From assembly GCA_934772445.1 (NCBI GenBank), contig CAKVMJ010000002.1, positions 9,475 to 73,474 of the forward strand: DNA of 64,000 nucleotides. Direction: 5' to 3'. Within the stretch, counting starts at the first letter, position 1. Each line of letters opens with the position of its first letter. Below, piece after piece: positions 9,367 through 17,823 of the stretch. Origin of the DNA: an uncultured Clostridia bacterium (GTDB lineage Bacteria; Bacillota; Clostridia; Christensenellales; UBA1242). The notes under the pieces are model-generated. The model ran no database searches, had not been told where the DNA came from, and worked only from the letters and a program-made list of their open reading frames with translations. The position numbers and the translations under genes are program-made.

Positions 9367-12300
9367 TTACTTATAATTATTTGTACTAGAAATTTCTTTA
9401 ATTTCTTCATTTAGTTCGTTGATTTCATTTTTAATTTCATCAACTCTAACTTTCTTGTAATCAAGTTCAAATTGAAGTTTGTTAATTTTCTTTTCAGTAG
9501 CAGCTTCAAGTTTTTCAATTTTTGCTTTAATTGCATTTTCTTGTTTTTCAATATCTGCAATCTTTTTATTGAATTCCTTATCTTCTGAAGATGTGGTTGC
9601 TCTTTTATCGATTGCTATTTTAGCATTGTGTTCTTGAGTTATTTCATCATCTTGTTTATCTAATTCCTTTAATTGTTCTTTATAGCCTTGAACATCTGCA
9701 TTTAATGAATTAGCAATTTCATCTATTTGTTTATCTGTGTTTGCTTTTGCTTGATTATAAGTTTCTTCTTCTTTAGCCAAATCTGATTTTAATTCTTCAA
9801 GCATTTGCTTTCTAAGTTCGATTTGCTCTTTAGCACTTAAACCTTTCTCTAAAGTTTTTCTTCTATCATAAGATGAAGTATTTTTCTTTTTAGAACTTGG
9901 TTTTTTCCAGTTAATTTTTCTTACTGTAAATCCAACTAATGCGATGATAAGTGCAATAGCTGTGATTGAACTTGAGATAGCCATCCAAATGCTTCCTGAA
10001 TTGATATGATTATCTGTGTGATCATTGTCGTTATCACTATTATCGTTATCATTATCATTGTTATTTTCTGTTGAAGATAATGAAATTTGTTTAACATTAT
10101 CTGAAGAATCTGTTGCATTTGTGTAATCTGTAGTGTAAGCTTCTTCATTTTCAAGTTCTGTTAATTCTAAGTTCTTGAAATCTGCAATAGCGGTTAGGGC
10201 AGTGGTATCACTTCCTAAACCAATAACTAATCTAATATCAACTTCGCTTTCACCAGTTTTGATAAAGATATAATATTTTTTAAATCCGTTTGCTTCCACG
10301 ATTTCGGTCATAGAATCTTCTTCTTTATCAATTAAAACACCAAATCTTGCGCCACCTTCAATTCCATCTAAAATTGTAGTTTTAGCAAGAACAGTTATTT
10401 TATAAAAACTATTTGATGAAAGAGTAATTTTGTTTGTTGAAGTTAAAGTTAATTTAATATCATCTAATGTTTCGATATTTAAGCCTTGTTCATTTTGTGA
10501 AATAATATAATCGTTAGTGTTGGCTGTAATATCCCAATTGTTGATATTCTTTAATAAATCTTTATTTAAGTCGATAGCATAAATATTATTCAATTTATCT
10601 TCTTCTAAAACTGTGCTAACTGTATCTAATTTAATAGCATCAAAGAAGATATAACCTCTAATGTTTTCAAAGTTTAATTCAACTTTGAATGAACCGCTAT
10701 TTAAACCAGTTGAAATATATAATGAATATTTTTCCCAATTTGAATTTGTGTTTATATCATTAAATTCATAAATAACTAAATCATCATTCAAAACTTTTAA
10801 TGAAGCTTTAGCATTTGTTCCTTTAACGGCATAAATTGAGTTTGTATAGAATGTTAGCAAGTAGTTTGAACTCTTTGAAAGTGAAAACTCATCAGATGTG
10901 TAAGTTACCTTATTTTGAGTGTTTTCAGAACCTATAGCTAAAACATAGTTTTGATTAATAGAATCATAGTTTGTGATGCTAGGGAAGGTTGGGTGATTAG
11001 CTTTAACAGCTTCAATATCGCCAGTATTAACAACACCAGCAAAGAAATTTTCATAATCTTGATGCTCGTTTAAAGTCCAGTTTGATGGAGTTAGAGGGTA
11101 TGTTAATTCATTACCTTCATAAGATGCAACATCAAAAGTATAGTTTGTAATTAAACCTGCAGTTGCATTTTTTAATAAATCCACAGCCACACAATTAGAA
11201 CCCTTAGAACCAGTTGTGTAGTTAGAAGATGAGATTTGTTTTAAGTTAACATCATCAAAGAATACATAACCTTCGCTATTTAATTTTAATTGAAGAGCCA
11301 CTTGAGTTTCTTCAAAATTTGCAGTGTGGATATAAATTGAATAATTTGTCCAACCATTTCTATAATTGTTATCAGCAGAAACAGTTGTTGAAACTTTTAG
11401 TGAACTAGCAATGCTAGAATCAGCCTTGCCTTTGTTATCAATTTTAACTAATTGAATAATACCACCATCGCCAATATTGCAATCACTCTTTGCCCAAACA
11501 GATAATAGATAATATCTATTTGCTTGTAAGGTTAGGGTAGAACTTTGTACGCCAATTTCTCTAGCACCATTTTCGCTATAAATAAATAATGCTTTATTGT
11601 TGCTTTTTGAGTTATTTGATTTTGGATTTTCAATATCATTATGAGCAAAACTTGAGAAAGAGATTTGCTTAATTGCATCATTACTTGCAATTGTTCCTAA
11701 TGATGTCCAACCGGTAATCTCATTTATTAAACCATTTTCAAAACCGTTATTTTCAACAGAAGTTAGTTCTTGATAATCTGTTAATGAAATTAAAGATTTT
11801 TTACTATCATCTGCATCTTCATAAGCAGTTTTGAATGAGCTTTCTGTATAACGAGCCACTTTAACATCGTTGAAGAATACAGCACCTCTGCAAACATCTG
11901 ATTTATTTTCGCCACCAACCCAAAGTTGAAGTTCTAAGCTTTCATTAGTATAAGGGCTAGTTTCAATAAAGAATGTTCTATTATCCCAAGCATTATTTGT
12001 GGTTAAAGTTTCAAATTTATTTTCTGTTTTGATTTCACTATTTGAAAGATTTTTTAAATAGATGCTCGCAAAACTATCACTATCGCCATAAGAACTTGAA
12101 GCTTTTGTGGTTTTATAGGTAATTGTGATGGAATAATAAGAATTTGATTCTAAAGTGAATTTAGATGAGGTTTTATAACCAAGCCTTCCAAGACCATCGA
12201 ATGAATTTAACATAAGATATGTTTCTTCTTCATCTTCCATATAAGCGCTTGGAGCTTCGATTAATTTAAACCTATTCCATAATGTTTTACCATCATCAGC

Positions 12301-12576
12301 ATCTTCTGCTTTTTGCATAGAAGTTCTCTTAACTGAACCAGATTTATATAATGAACTATTATATCCATCATAAGAGATGCTAGACCAACCTGTTAGGGAA
12401 GCTATAGAATCTGATTCACTAGATTGTTTGAATGTGTTATTAGTGATAGGATTTGTAAAAACTTCTTTAGCAAAAACTAAATTGGCATTAGCAAAAACTA
12501 AAGAGCATAAAACACCAACGATTAATAACATACTCATAACTATTAAACTGAATTTGTTTTTTTTGCCTGATTTCAT
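9367..12576 (-). CDS. large type-I membrane surface protein with tandem jelly-roll (CBM-like) modules and a cytoplasmic coiled coil
   Basis: A signal or anchor sequence, then about four repeated modules of roughly 160 aa. Each has N(S/R)(Y/F)Y..(I/L)(T/S)V and GY(V/I)FFD motifs. These are followed by an N/D low-complexity linker, a TM helix (IWMAISSSITAIALIIALVGFTV) and a K/E-rich coiled-coil tail of about 190 aa. I prefer the start at 12576, after the AAAAGGCGGA RBS. Confidence 0.65.
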   Translation of the reverse strand: MKSGKKNKFSLIVMSMLLIVGVLCSLVFANANLVFAKEVFTNPITNNTFKQSSESDSIASLTGWSSISYDGYNSSLYKSGSVKRTSMQKAEDADDGKTLWNRFKLIEAPSAYMEDEEETYLMLNSFDGLGRLGYKTSSKFTLESNSYYSITITYKTTKASSSYGDSDSFASIYLKNLSNSEIKTENKFETLTTNNAWDNRTFFIETSPYTNESLELQLWVGGENKSDVCRGAVFFNDVKVARYTESSFKTAYEDADDSKKSLISLTDYQELTSVENNGFENGLINEITGWTSLGTIASNDAIKQISFSSFAHNDIENPKSNNSKSNNKALFIYSENGAREIGVQSSTLTLQANRYYLLSVWAKSDCNIGDGGIIQLVKIDNKGKADSSIASSLKVSTTVSADNNYRNGWTNYSIYIHTANFEETQVALQLKLNSEGYVFFDDVNLKQISSSNYTTGSKGSNCVAVDLLKNATAGLITNYTFDVASYEGNELTYPLTPSNWTLNEHQDYENFFAGVVNTGDIEAVKANHPTFPSITNYDSINQNYVLAIGSENTQNKVTYTSDEFSLSKSSNYLLTFYTNSIYAVKGTNAKASLKVLNDDLVIYEFNDINTNSNWEKYSLYISTGLNSGSFKVELNFENIRGYIFFDAIKLDTVSTVLEEDKLNNIYAIDLNKDLLKNINNWDITANTNDYIISQNEQGLNIETLDDIKLTLTSTNKITLSSNSFYKITVLAKTTILDGIEGGARFGVLIDKEEDSMTEIVEANGFKKYYIFIKTGESEVDIRLVIGLGSDTTALTAIADFKNLELTELENEEAYTTDYTNATDSSDNVKQISLSSTENNNDNDNDNSDNDNDHTDNHINSGSIWMAISSSITAIALIIALVGFTVRKINWKKPSSKKKNTSSYDRRKTLEKGLSAKEQIELRKQMLEELKSDLAKEEETYNQAKANTDKQIDEIANSLNADVQGYKEQLKELDKQDDEITQEHNAKIAIDKRATTSSEDKEFNKKIADIEKQENAIKAKIEKLEAATEKKINKLQFELDYKKVRVDEIKNEINELNEEIKEISSTNNYK

Positions 12577-12839
12577 AAGTATCCGCCTTTTAAAATATAA
12601 GTAATTTCCTAGTTGCAAATAAAGTTATAATATAATATCTAATAGAGTTTATAATATAATTTACATACAAATTGATTATAACTTAATTCAAATAATTATT
12701 CAACTAAAATAATGTAGATTTATTCTTTTTTTTTCGTTATTATTTGAAATTTTGCGTTCAAATACCCATTTGGAAAATTTTTCCAATTTTATTTTGTTTA
12801 AATTTTTATTTTTTATTCATAATTGCGAATACTATTATT

Positions 12840-13280
12840 ATGAAAATTTTAGATTATAATTTTGAAGTTCGATGTAATGGCTATACTAAGTTCTTTTCTA
12901 AGAAACAAGAAAAAAGCCAACCTAAAAAAGTTTGGCTTGCGCTTATATGCGGAGTTTTTATTGGATTTATAAATGGATTCTTTGGTGGAGGGGGAGGTAT
13001 GATATGCGTACCTGTTTTAACATCTATCTTAAAACTTCCAGAAAAGGTGGCTCATGCAACCACTATTTTAATAATCCTACCAATGTGTGTTACTAGTCTA
13101 ATAATATACTTTTTAAATTCCGAATTAAATTTAGCACTCTCTTGGCCAATCTTAGTTGGATTTGTGGTGGGTGGTGTTATAGGTGCAATAATACTTAAAA
13201 AAATTAATAATGATATTTTAAAGTTAATTTTCGATTTTATCATCTTGAGTGCTGGTATTCTTAGTTTGATTAAGTTTTGA
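12840..13280 (+). CDS. half-size TSUP (TauE/SafE) family membrane protein, C-half-like
   Basis: 4 TM segments with a GGGGGMICVPVL motif. It ends right after the last TM helix. The start is uncertain: ATG at 12840, while the track starts at 12744. Confidence 0.6.
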   Translation: MKILDYNFEVRCNGYTKFFSKKQEKSQPKKVWLALICGVFIGFINGFFGGGGGMICVPVLTSILKLPEKVAHATTILIILPMCVTSLIIYFLNSELNLALSWPILVGFVVGGVIGAIILKKINNDILKLIFDFIILSAGILSLIKF

Positions 13281-13664
13281 TTTAACTTTTTGATAGATAA
13301 ACACAATAATTTGATAAACACCAATCATAATTAAAAATATGCCAAAATATAACTTTAAACTTTTGTTCGAAATAGAATTTGCAAGCATTGCACTTAAAAA
13401 AGATGTAATTGCACCTGTAATTACAATTGGTATGCCTATTTTTAAGTTTACTAATTTGTTTTTAAAATGAATAATTAGCGAAACAACTGCCATTGGTAAG
13501 AATGCAAGCAGGTTAATACCTTGAGCAGTTTTTTGAGCGAACTCGAATATAATAGTTAAAACTGGAATTAAAAAAGTACCTCCGCCCATTCCCATTCCAG
13601 CGATTATTCCGCTAATTGTTCCAGCAATAATATAAAATAAAATTTCCATAATAAAAATAAGCAA
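13224..13664 (-). CDS. half-size TSUP (TauE/SafE) family membrane protein, N-half-like
   Basis: 4 TM segments with a GMGMGGGTFLIPVL motif. It is convergent with the previous gene and overlaps its 3' end by 57 nt. An ATG at 13649 is an alternative start. Confidence 0.6.
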   Translation of the reverse strand: MLIFIMEILFYIIAGTISGIIAGMGMGGGTFLIPVLTIIFEFAQKTAQGINLLAFLPMAVVSLIIHFKNKLVNLKIGIPIVITGAITSFLSAMLANSISNKSLKLYFGIFLIMIGVYQIIVFIYQKVKSKLNQTKNTSTQDDKIEN

Positions 13665-13731
13665 AATTAATCTTTTGCTTATTTATTTTTTACTAAATTA
13701 AAAGTTTTTATACAATAATTATATCCCTAAA

Positions 13732-16164
13732 TTAAGCCTTTTTTCTGTTTTTCATTTTAATATAGAAAATAAGCAAGAATATCCCGCTAACTAAAGCAAT
13801 TGAGCTTATAATTATAGCAGTTAATTGACTAGAATTAATACCATTTAATCTTATAAATTTAGTTTCAACCCAGCCAACTTGTTCCACTTGGTTTTCATCA
13901 TAATAAGTGATATAAGTTAATGTTTTTGTGCTATCTAATTTATCAACATAAATTCTATATTCGTGAGGTAAGGTTGTTTTAATATTATTCTCATCAATAG
14001 AGTTGAATCTATAAATATTAACTGTGTTATCTTTATCATAAGCATTTATTTTGGCATTTGATTCTTTTAGGTTTACCACATCTTCTTCATTAAAGAAAAC
14101 ATCAGCTGAATTAATATAACCATAACAATTTTCTAAATAAACGATAAAGAAATTGTTGCCAGCGAAAGAGATAGGGTATTTAGAATAAATTGTTTTATAA
14201 CTATCTATTTCAAGAGTTTCTAAAACTTCAACATTAGATGAATTTAAACCTGATGGTTTTGCAAAAACATAAGTTTTAGTGTTTGCAGTTTTAATACTAG
14301 TTGGTCTTTCAATATAATTAAAATCAACATTGGTATATAATCTTATTGCACAAATTGCGTTATCAAATGCATAAATAATTCCGCTAGTTGGGTTGATAGA
14401 AATATCGTAAAAACTGCTAAAATCTGCCTTTGTTTCGGATTTTATTGTAAAATTATTATTAAGATATTTTATTTTAGAAATTGTGTTATCAGATAGAGCA
14501 TAGATGTTATCAAATTCATCAACTGCTATGCTTCTAATATTGGAAATTAATGTTGTTTTAGCTTCTAATCCGCCAAATTCGGAAAGAATATATAAACCGT
14601 TTGATGAATAGAAAATAATCTTATTTGAATTTGGTAAAACATCAATTAAGCAGTTTTCATCAAACCCTAAGATTGAATTAAAGTTTAACACAACGGCAGA
14701 AGGGGAGGAAGCACTGCAAGTAAGCAAGCCTTTAGCGGTTAAAATAATTAAAGTTTCGTTAATTTTTTTCAAACCTAGAATTGTTGGGATAGATGTTAAA
14801 GTTGAATCAATTGAATATTGGGTTATTGCAAGAGTTTCATTTGTTTCAAGGTTGTATTTAATAACTGCACTTGTTGTTGAAGAGATTTTTACGCTATAAA
14901 AAAGTATATTTTCAGTAAATTGTACAGGGTGGTTAGCGTTTACAGATAATGGATAAGTGTTTTTTAAAACATTGGCTTTATTATTTGAAATTAATTGAAT
15001 ACGGTTGTTTAATGGGTCGCCAACAAGTATTTTGTCGTTTGAACTAACACTTAATGTGGCATTCTTGTTAAATCTTCCCAAACTTCCACAAACAGAAGCT
15101 ATTAAAACATTTTCGCCAATCATCTCAGCACCATTATCACTTATATTTAATGCAAAAGATTGAATACTTTTAGTTCCGTTATCCGCAACAAGCATTTTAC
15201 CATTAAAGAATTTTATATCAATAGGAGAGTTAATTCTTCCGCATTTAAAGCCATTATTATCTTCTAAGGTTTCATCGCCTTTTTTCCAGTTTGTTTGGTC
15301 AATACTCTCAGTTAGTGGTATATCTGTTTTTACTAAGCAAACATTTTTAGTTGAAATAGCAAGCACATAGTCATTTAGATTTTTTTGTGCAACTATTAAA
15401 ACTGATGCGTTTGATGGATAAAATTTACTTGGATTATTAATTACAATCGTTGGAAGAACAGAAATTGTGAATAATTTATTTTGATTTGTTTCATCACCAG
15501 CCACTGCATAGATTTTGTTTTCGTTTGAATTTGCGATATTTGAGAACTTGGTGATAGGGCTAGTTGAACTAGTATTATCGTTTATATCTTTAATTGTGAT
15601 AATTCCAGAACTCTTAATTTGTATGCAATTTTCATTAGTGATAAGGTAGTAGTATTTCAGAAAAGTTGGATTTAGAGTTGAAATAAAGATTTGAGAAGAA
15701 TTATCATTTGCAGTTTCGATAATGGAGATTTTATCAAATAAATTAATATTGAAATTATTATTTGTTTCATCTTTTATGTTGATTTTCTCAAAATTGGATA
15801 AAGAATAAACATTTAAAATACTTCCGCTAGATTTTTTATCGCCAATAAATAAAAACTTATTTGAAAGTTTTAGATATTCAATATTTTCAAAATGTTCTAA
15901 TAATTTTTCAGATTTATTTCTTCTATTTAAAATTTCAATGCTAGAGGAATTAGTTGTGTAAACAATAAAACTGCTATTAACATCAAAGCAGGTTATGTTT
16001 GTTAAATCTTTTGAAAACTCACTATCCTCAATATAAAGTTCGCTTAAAATTGAATCATCTGCTATTTCATCGGCAAAAACATCTACTTGGTTAAAACCAC
16101 TAAATAAAGCCGAAATTAATATACAAATTGTTATAAAATATAAATAAATTTTCCTATTTTTCAT
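13732..16164 (-). CDS. surface protein with a signal peptide, NHL/beta-propeller-like repeats, two SH3b-like domains and a C-terminal TM anchor
   Basis: An N-terminal signal sequence. NHL-like strings (KMLVADNGTKSIQSF, LVGDPLNNRIQLI). Two SH3b-like modules near the C-terminus, then LTAIIISSIALVSGIFLLIFYI and a basic tail. Confidence 0.6.
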   Translation of the reverse strand: MKNRKIYLYFITICILISALFSGFNQVDVFADEIADDSILSELYIEDSEFSKDLTNITCFDVNSSFIVYTTNSSSIEILNRRNKSEKLLEHFENIEYLKLSNKFLFIGDKKSSGSILNVYSLSNFEKINIKDETNNNFNINLFDKISIIETANDNSSQIFISTLNPTFLKYYYLITNENCIQIKSSGIITIKDINDNTSSTSPITKFSNIANSNENKIYAVAGDETNQNKLFTISVLPTIVINNPSKFYPSNASVLIVAQKNLNDYVLAISTKNVCLVKTDIPLTESIDQTNWKKGDETLEDNNGFKCGRINSPIDIKFFNGKMLVADNGTKSIQSFALNISDNGAEMIGENVLIASVCGSLGRFNKNATLSVSSNDKILVGDPLNNRIQLISNNKANVLKNTYPLSVNANHPVQFTENILFYSVKISSTTSAVIKYNLETNETLAITQYSIDSTLTSIPTILGLKKINETLIILTAKGLLTCSASSPSAVVLNFNSILGFDENCLIDVLPNSNKIIFYSSNGLYILSEFGGLEAKTTLISNIRSIAVDEFDNIYALSDNTISKIKYLNNNFTIKSETKADFSSFYDISINPTSGIIYAFDNAICAIRLYTNVDFNYIERPTSIKTANTKTYVFAKPSGLNSSNVEVLETLEIDSYKTIYSKYPISFAGNNFFIVYLENCYGYINSADVFFNEEDVVNLKESNAKINAYDKDNTVNIYRFNSIDENNIKTTLPHEYRIYVDKLDSTKTLTYITYYDENQVEQVGWVETKFIRLNGINSSQLTAIIISSIALVSGIFLLIFYIKMKNRKKA

Positions 16165-16334
16165 TTGATTTATCCTATATATATTTTTATCTATAATATA
16201 TAATATAACATTATTTAATCAATAACAAACAAAATTAATTACTTTAAAGAATTTAATGTACAACTTCATAAAATTTTTGTAATGCACCAAATTTGATGCT
16301 GGTAAAAAATGGAAAAATTTGTTGACATTGACTA

Positions 16335-16364
16335 TTGATTTTTTTTATTTTAACATATTATAAT
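16335..16364 (+). promoter_or_regulatory. sigma-A-type promoter of the sigma-like regulator gene
   Basis: TTGATT (16335-16340), an 18-nt spacer, then TATAAT (16359-16364). Confidence 0.5.
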
Positions 16365-16378
16365 AGAACAAATGTTCT
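16365..16378. promoter_or_regulatory. LexA operator (Cheo/SOS box)
   Basis: AGAACAAATGTTCT, a perfect GAAC-N4-GTTC core. It matches about 12 of 14 positions of CGAACRNRYGTTYC and abuts the -10 hexamer. Confidence 0.6.
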
Positions 16379-16450
16379 AAGATATTGCAAAAAATTTTAG
16401 AAAATTTGAAACAAAATAGCAAATTGAAATTAATTAAAAGGAGTTGAATT

Positions 16451-16963
16451 ATGAAATTAGAAGATTGGAGTAAGATTATTTTATCTTATTACAGTTATTT
16501 GGAGCAATCTGTGAAAGCGATAGATAAATTTGTTTTAGATAAATGCGTTTATACATCATACTTTGATTGTGGATTAAATTTTGACATTGAGAAAAGATTT
16601 AACAAAGTTATGGAACTAATAGATAAAAAAAGGCGTTTTATAAATCTAAAAGTAATAATCGAAAAAGCTCTCACGCAAATTAATGAAAAATATAGGAAAA
16701 TATTAGTTTTGTTTTATATAGACCAATTATCTTGTGAAGAAATTGCAAGATTAATGAATTTGAATATAAGAACATTTTTTAGATATAAAAATCAGGCCAT
16801 AACATCGTTTTCAAAGGCATTATCAAGAGAGGGGTTTAATATTGAATATTTCAATGAAAACTATGCTTCAGATAAATGGTTATTTATGGTTAATACATAT
16901 CACACAAAATGCGGAAATATGAAAAGAATTAATGAATATAAGTTAATAAGTTCGTTTTTATAA
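16451..16963 (+). CDS. sigma-70 region-4-like (ArpU/Xpf/DUF1492-type) transcriptional regulator
   Basis: 170 aa. The string KYRKILVLFYIDQLSCEEIARLMNLNIRTFFRYKNQAITSF is a sigma region-4 HTH pattern. Its size and position resemble phage late-gene activators. Confidence 0.6.
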   Translation: MKLEDWSKIILSYYSYLEQSVKAIDKFVLDKCVYTSYFDCGLNFDIEKRFNKVMELIDKKRRFINLKVIIEKALTQINEKYRKILVLFYIDQLSCEEIARLMNLNIRTFFRYKNQAITSFSKALSREGFNIEYFNENYASDKWLFMVNTYHTKCGNMKRINEYKLISSFL

Positions 16964-17719
16964 AAGAGAATCGTAATCAATTTTATCGTTTGAGCGAACC
17001 ACTTTTGCTTTAACTTTTGGCTTTGATGGTGGTTTGAATAATAAAACCATTACAGCTATTACTGGTAACATTATAACACTAATTAAAATTATGCAAGTGG
17101 AATTAGATAAGGGATTTACAGTTAGAAAACCATCGTTGTTTGAAAAACTTACAGTTTCTGTGTTTACGGAAATTGCAGGCAGATTATTTAAGTAACCATT
17201 ATAAATATAGCCATAAACTCCCATATAGTCCACAAGATACCAAATATTGCCAAAGTAGTCCATAACATAGTCGCCGTAAATTTTGCCAATATAGTTAATA
17301 TCGCTGGAGTTGGCTGGAACCGTTAGTAAAACAGTGGCGTTAGATGATGGTGCGGACCTTAAATTGCATTTAAAATTGTTTGTTTTGAGTTTTGCAATAG
17401 GATATGGATTTTTAGGTATTGATGAACAAATTTTAACATTTGTTTTTTCAACATATCCATTAACTCCGTTATAATTAACATTATAGAAGTTGTCGTTTTC
17501 AAAAACGCAGATTTTAACGAAATATGTGGGTTCTAGGTAACAAACGATATTTGAAATATCTAAGTTTGAATTAGCGGTTTTATAGAGTATGCAAGATTTT
17601 TGAATTTGTGCAAATTCATTATAGGCAAAATATATTGAGTTTGGAAAAGTGCTAAGTAAAAGAATAAATAATATATTTATAAGCACGATAAAATTTAATT
17701 TATTTGTGTTAATTTTCAT
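16958..17719 (-). CDS. signal peptide, two SH3b-like domains and a C-terminal TM anchor
   Basis: It has the same C-terminal architecture as the 810-aa protein (SH3b-SH3b-TM-basic tail). It is convergent with the regulator gene and overlaps it by 6 nt. Confidence 0.55.
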   Translation of the reverse strand: MKINTNKLNFIVLINILFILLLSTFPNSIYFAYNEFAQIQKSCILYKTANSNLDISNIVCYLEPTYFVKICVFENDNFYNVNYNGVNGYVEKTNVKICSSIPKNPYPIAKLKTNNFKCNLRSAPSSNATVLLTVPANSSDINYIGKIYGDYVMDYFGNIWYLVDYMGVYGYIYNGYLNNLPAISVNTETVSFSNNDGFLTVNPLSNSTCIILISVIMLPVIAVMVLLFKPPSKPKVKAKVVRSNDKIDYDSLL

Positions 17720-17823
17720 CTTATTTATATTCTAAATAATAGAGGATTAAATCACAATTTGAAAGTTGAAAGAATTTATGTTTTTTTGACTTTTTTTGTA
17801 CTTTTCATTTAGGGGGTGAGATA

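Noticed and set aside
9990-10075. Repetitive DNA (gat/aat/att units) that could look like a tandem repeat or a CRISPR-like array.
   Set aside because: It is the coding sequence of the poly-Asn/Asp linker of the large surface protein. There is no repeat-spacer organisation, and I saw no CRISPR array anywhere in the window.
16395-16425. TTTGAAACAAAATAGCAAA in the leader of the sigma-like gene resembles the IR core TTTGAAACTAGCAAAATA of the R-M island.
   Set aside because: The shared blocks are only short (TTTGAAAC and TAGCAAA), with an indel between them, in very AT-rich DNA. That is insufficient to call a third repeat copy.
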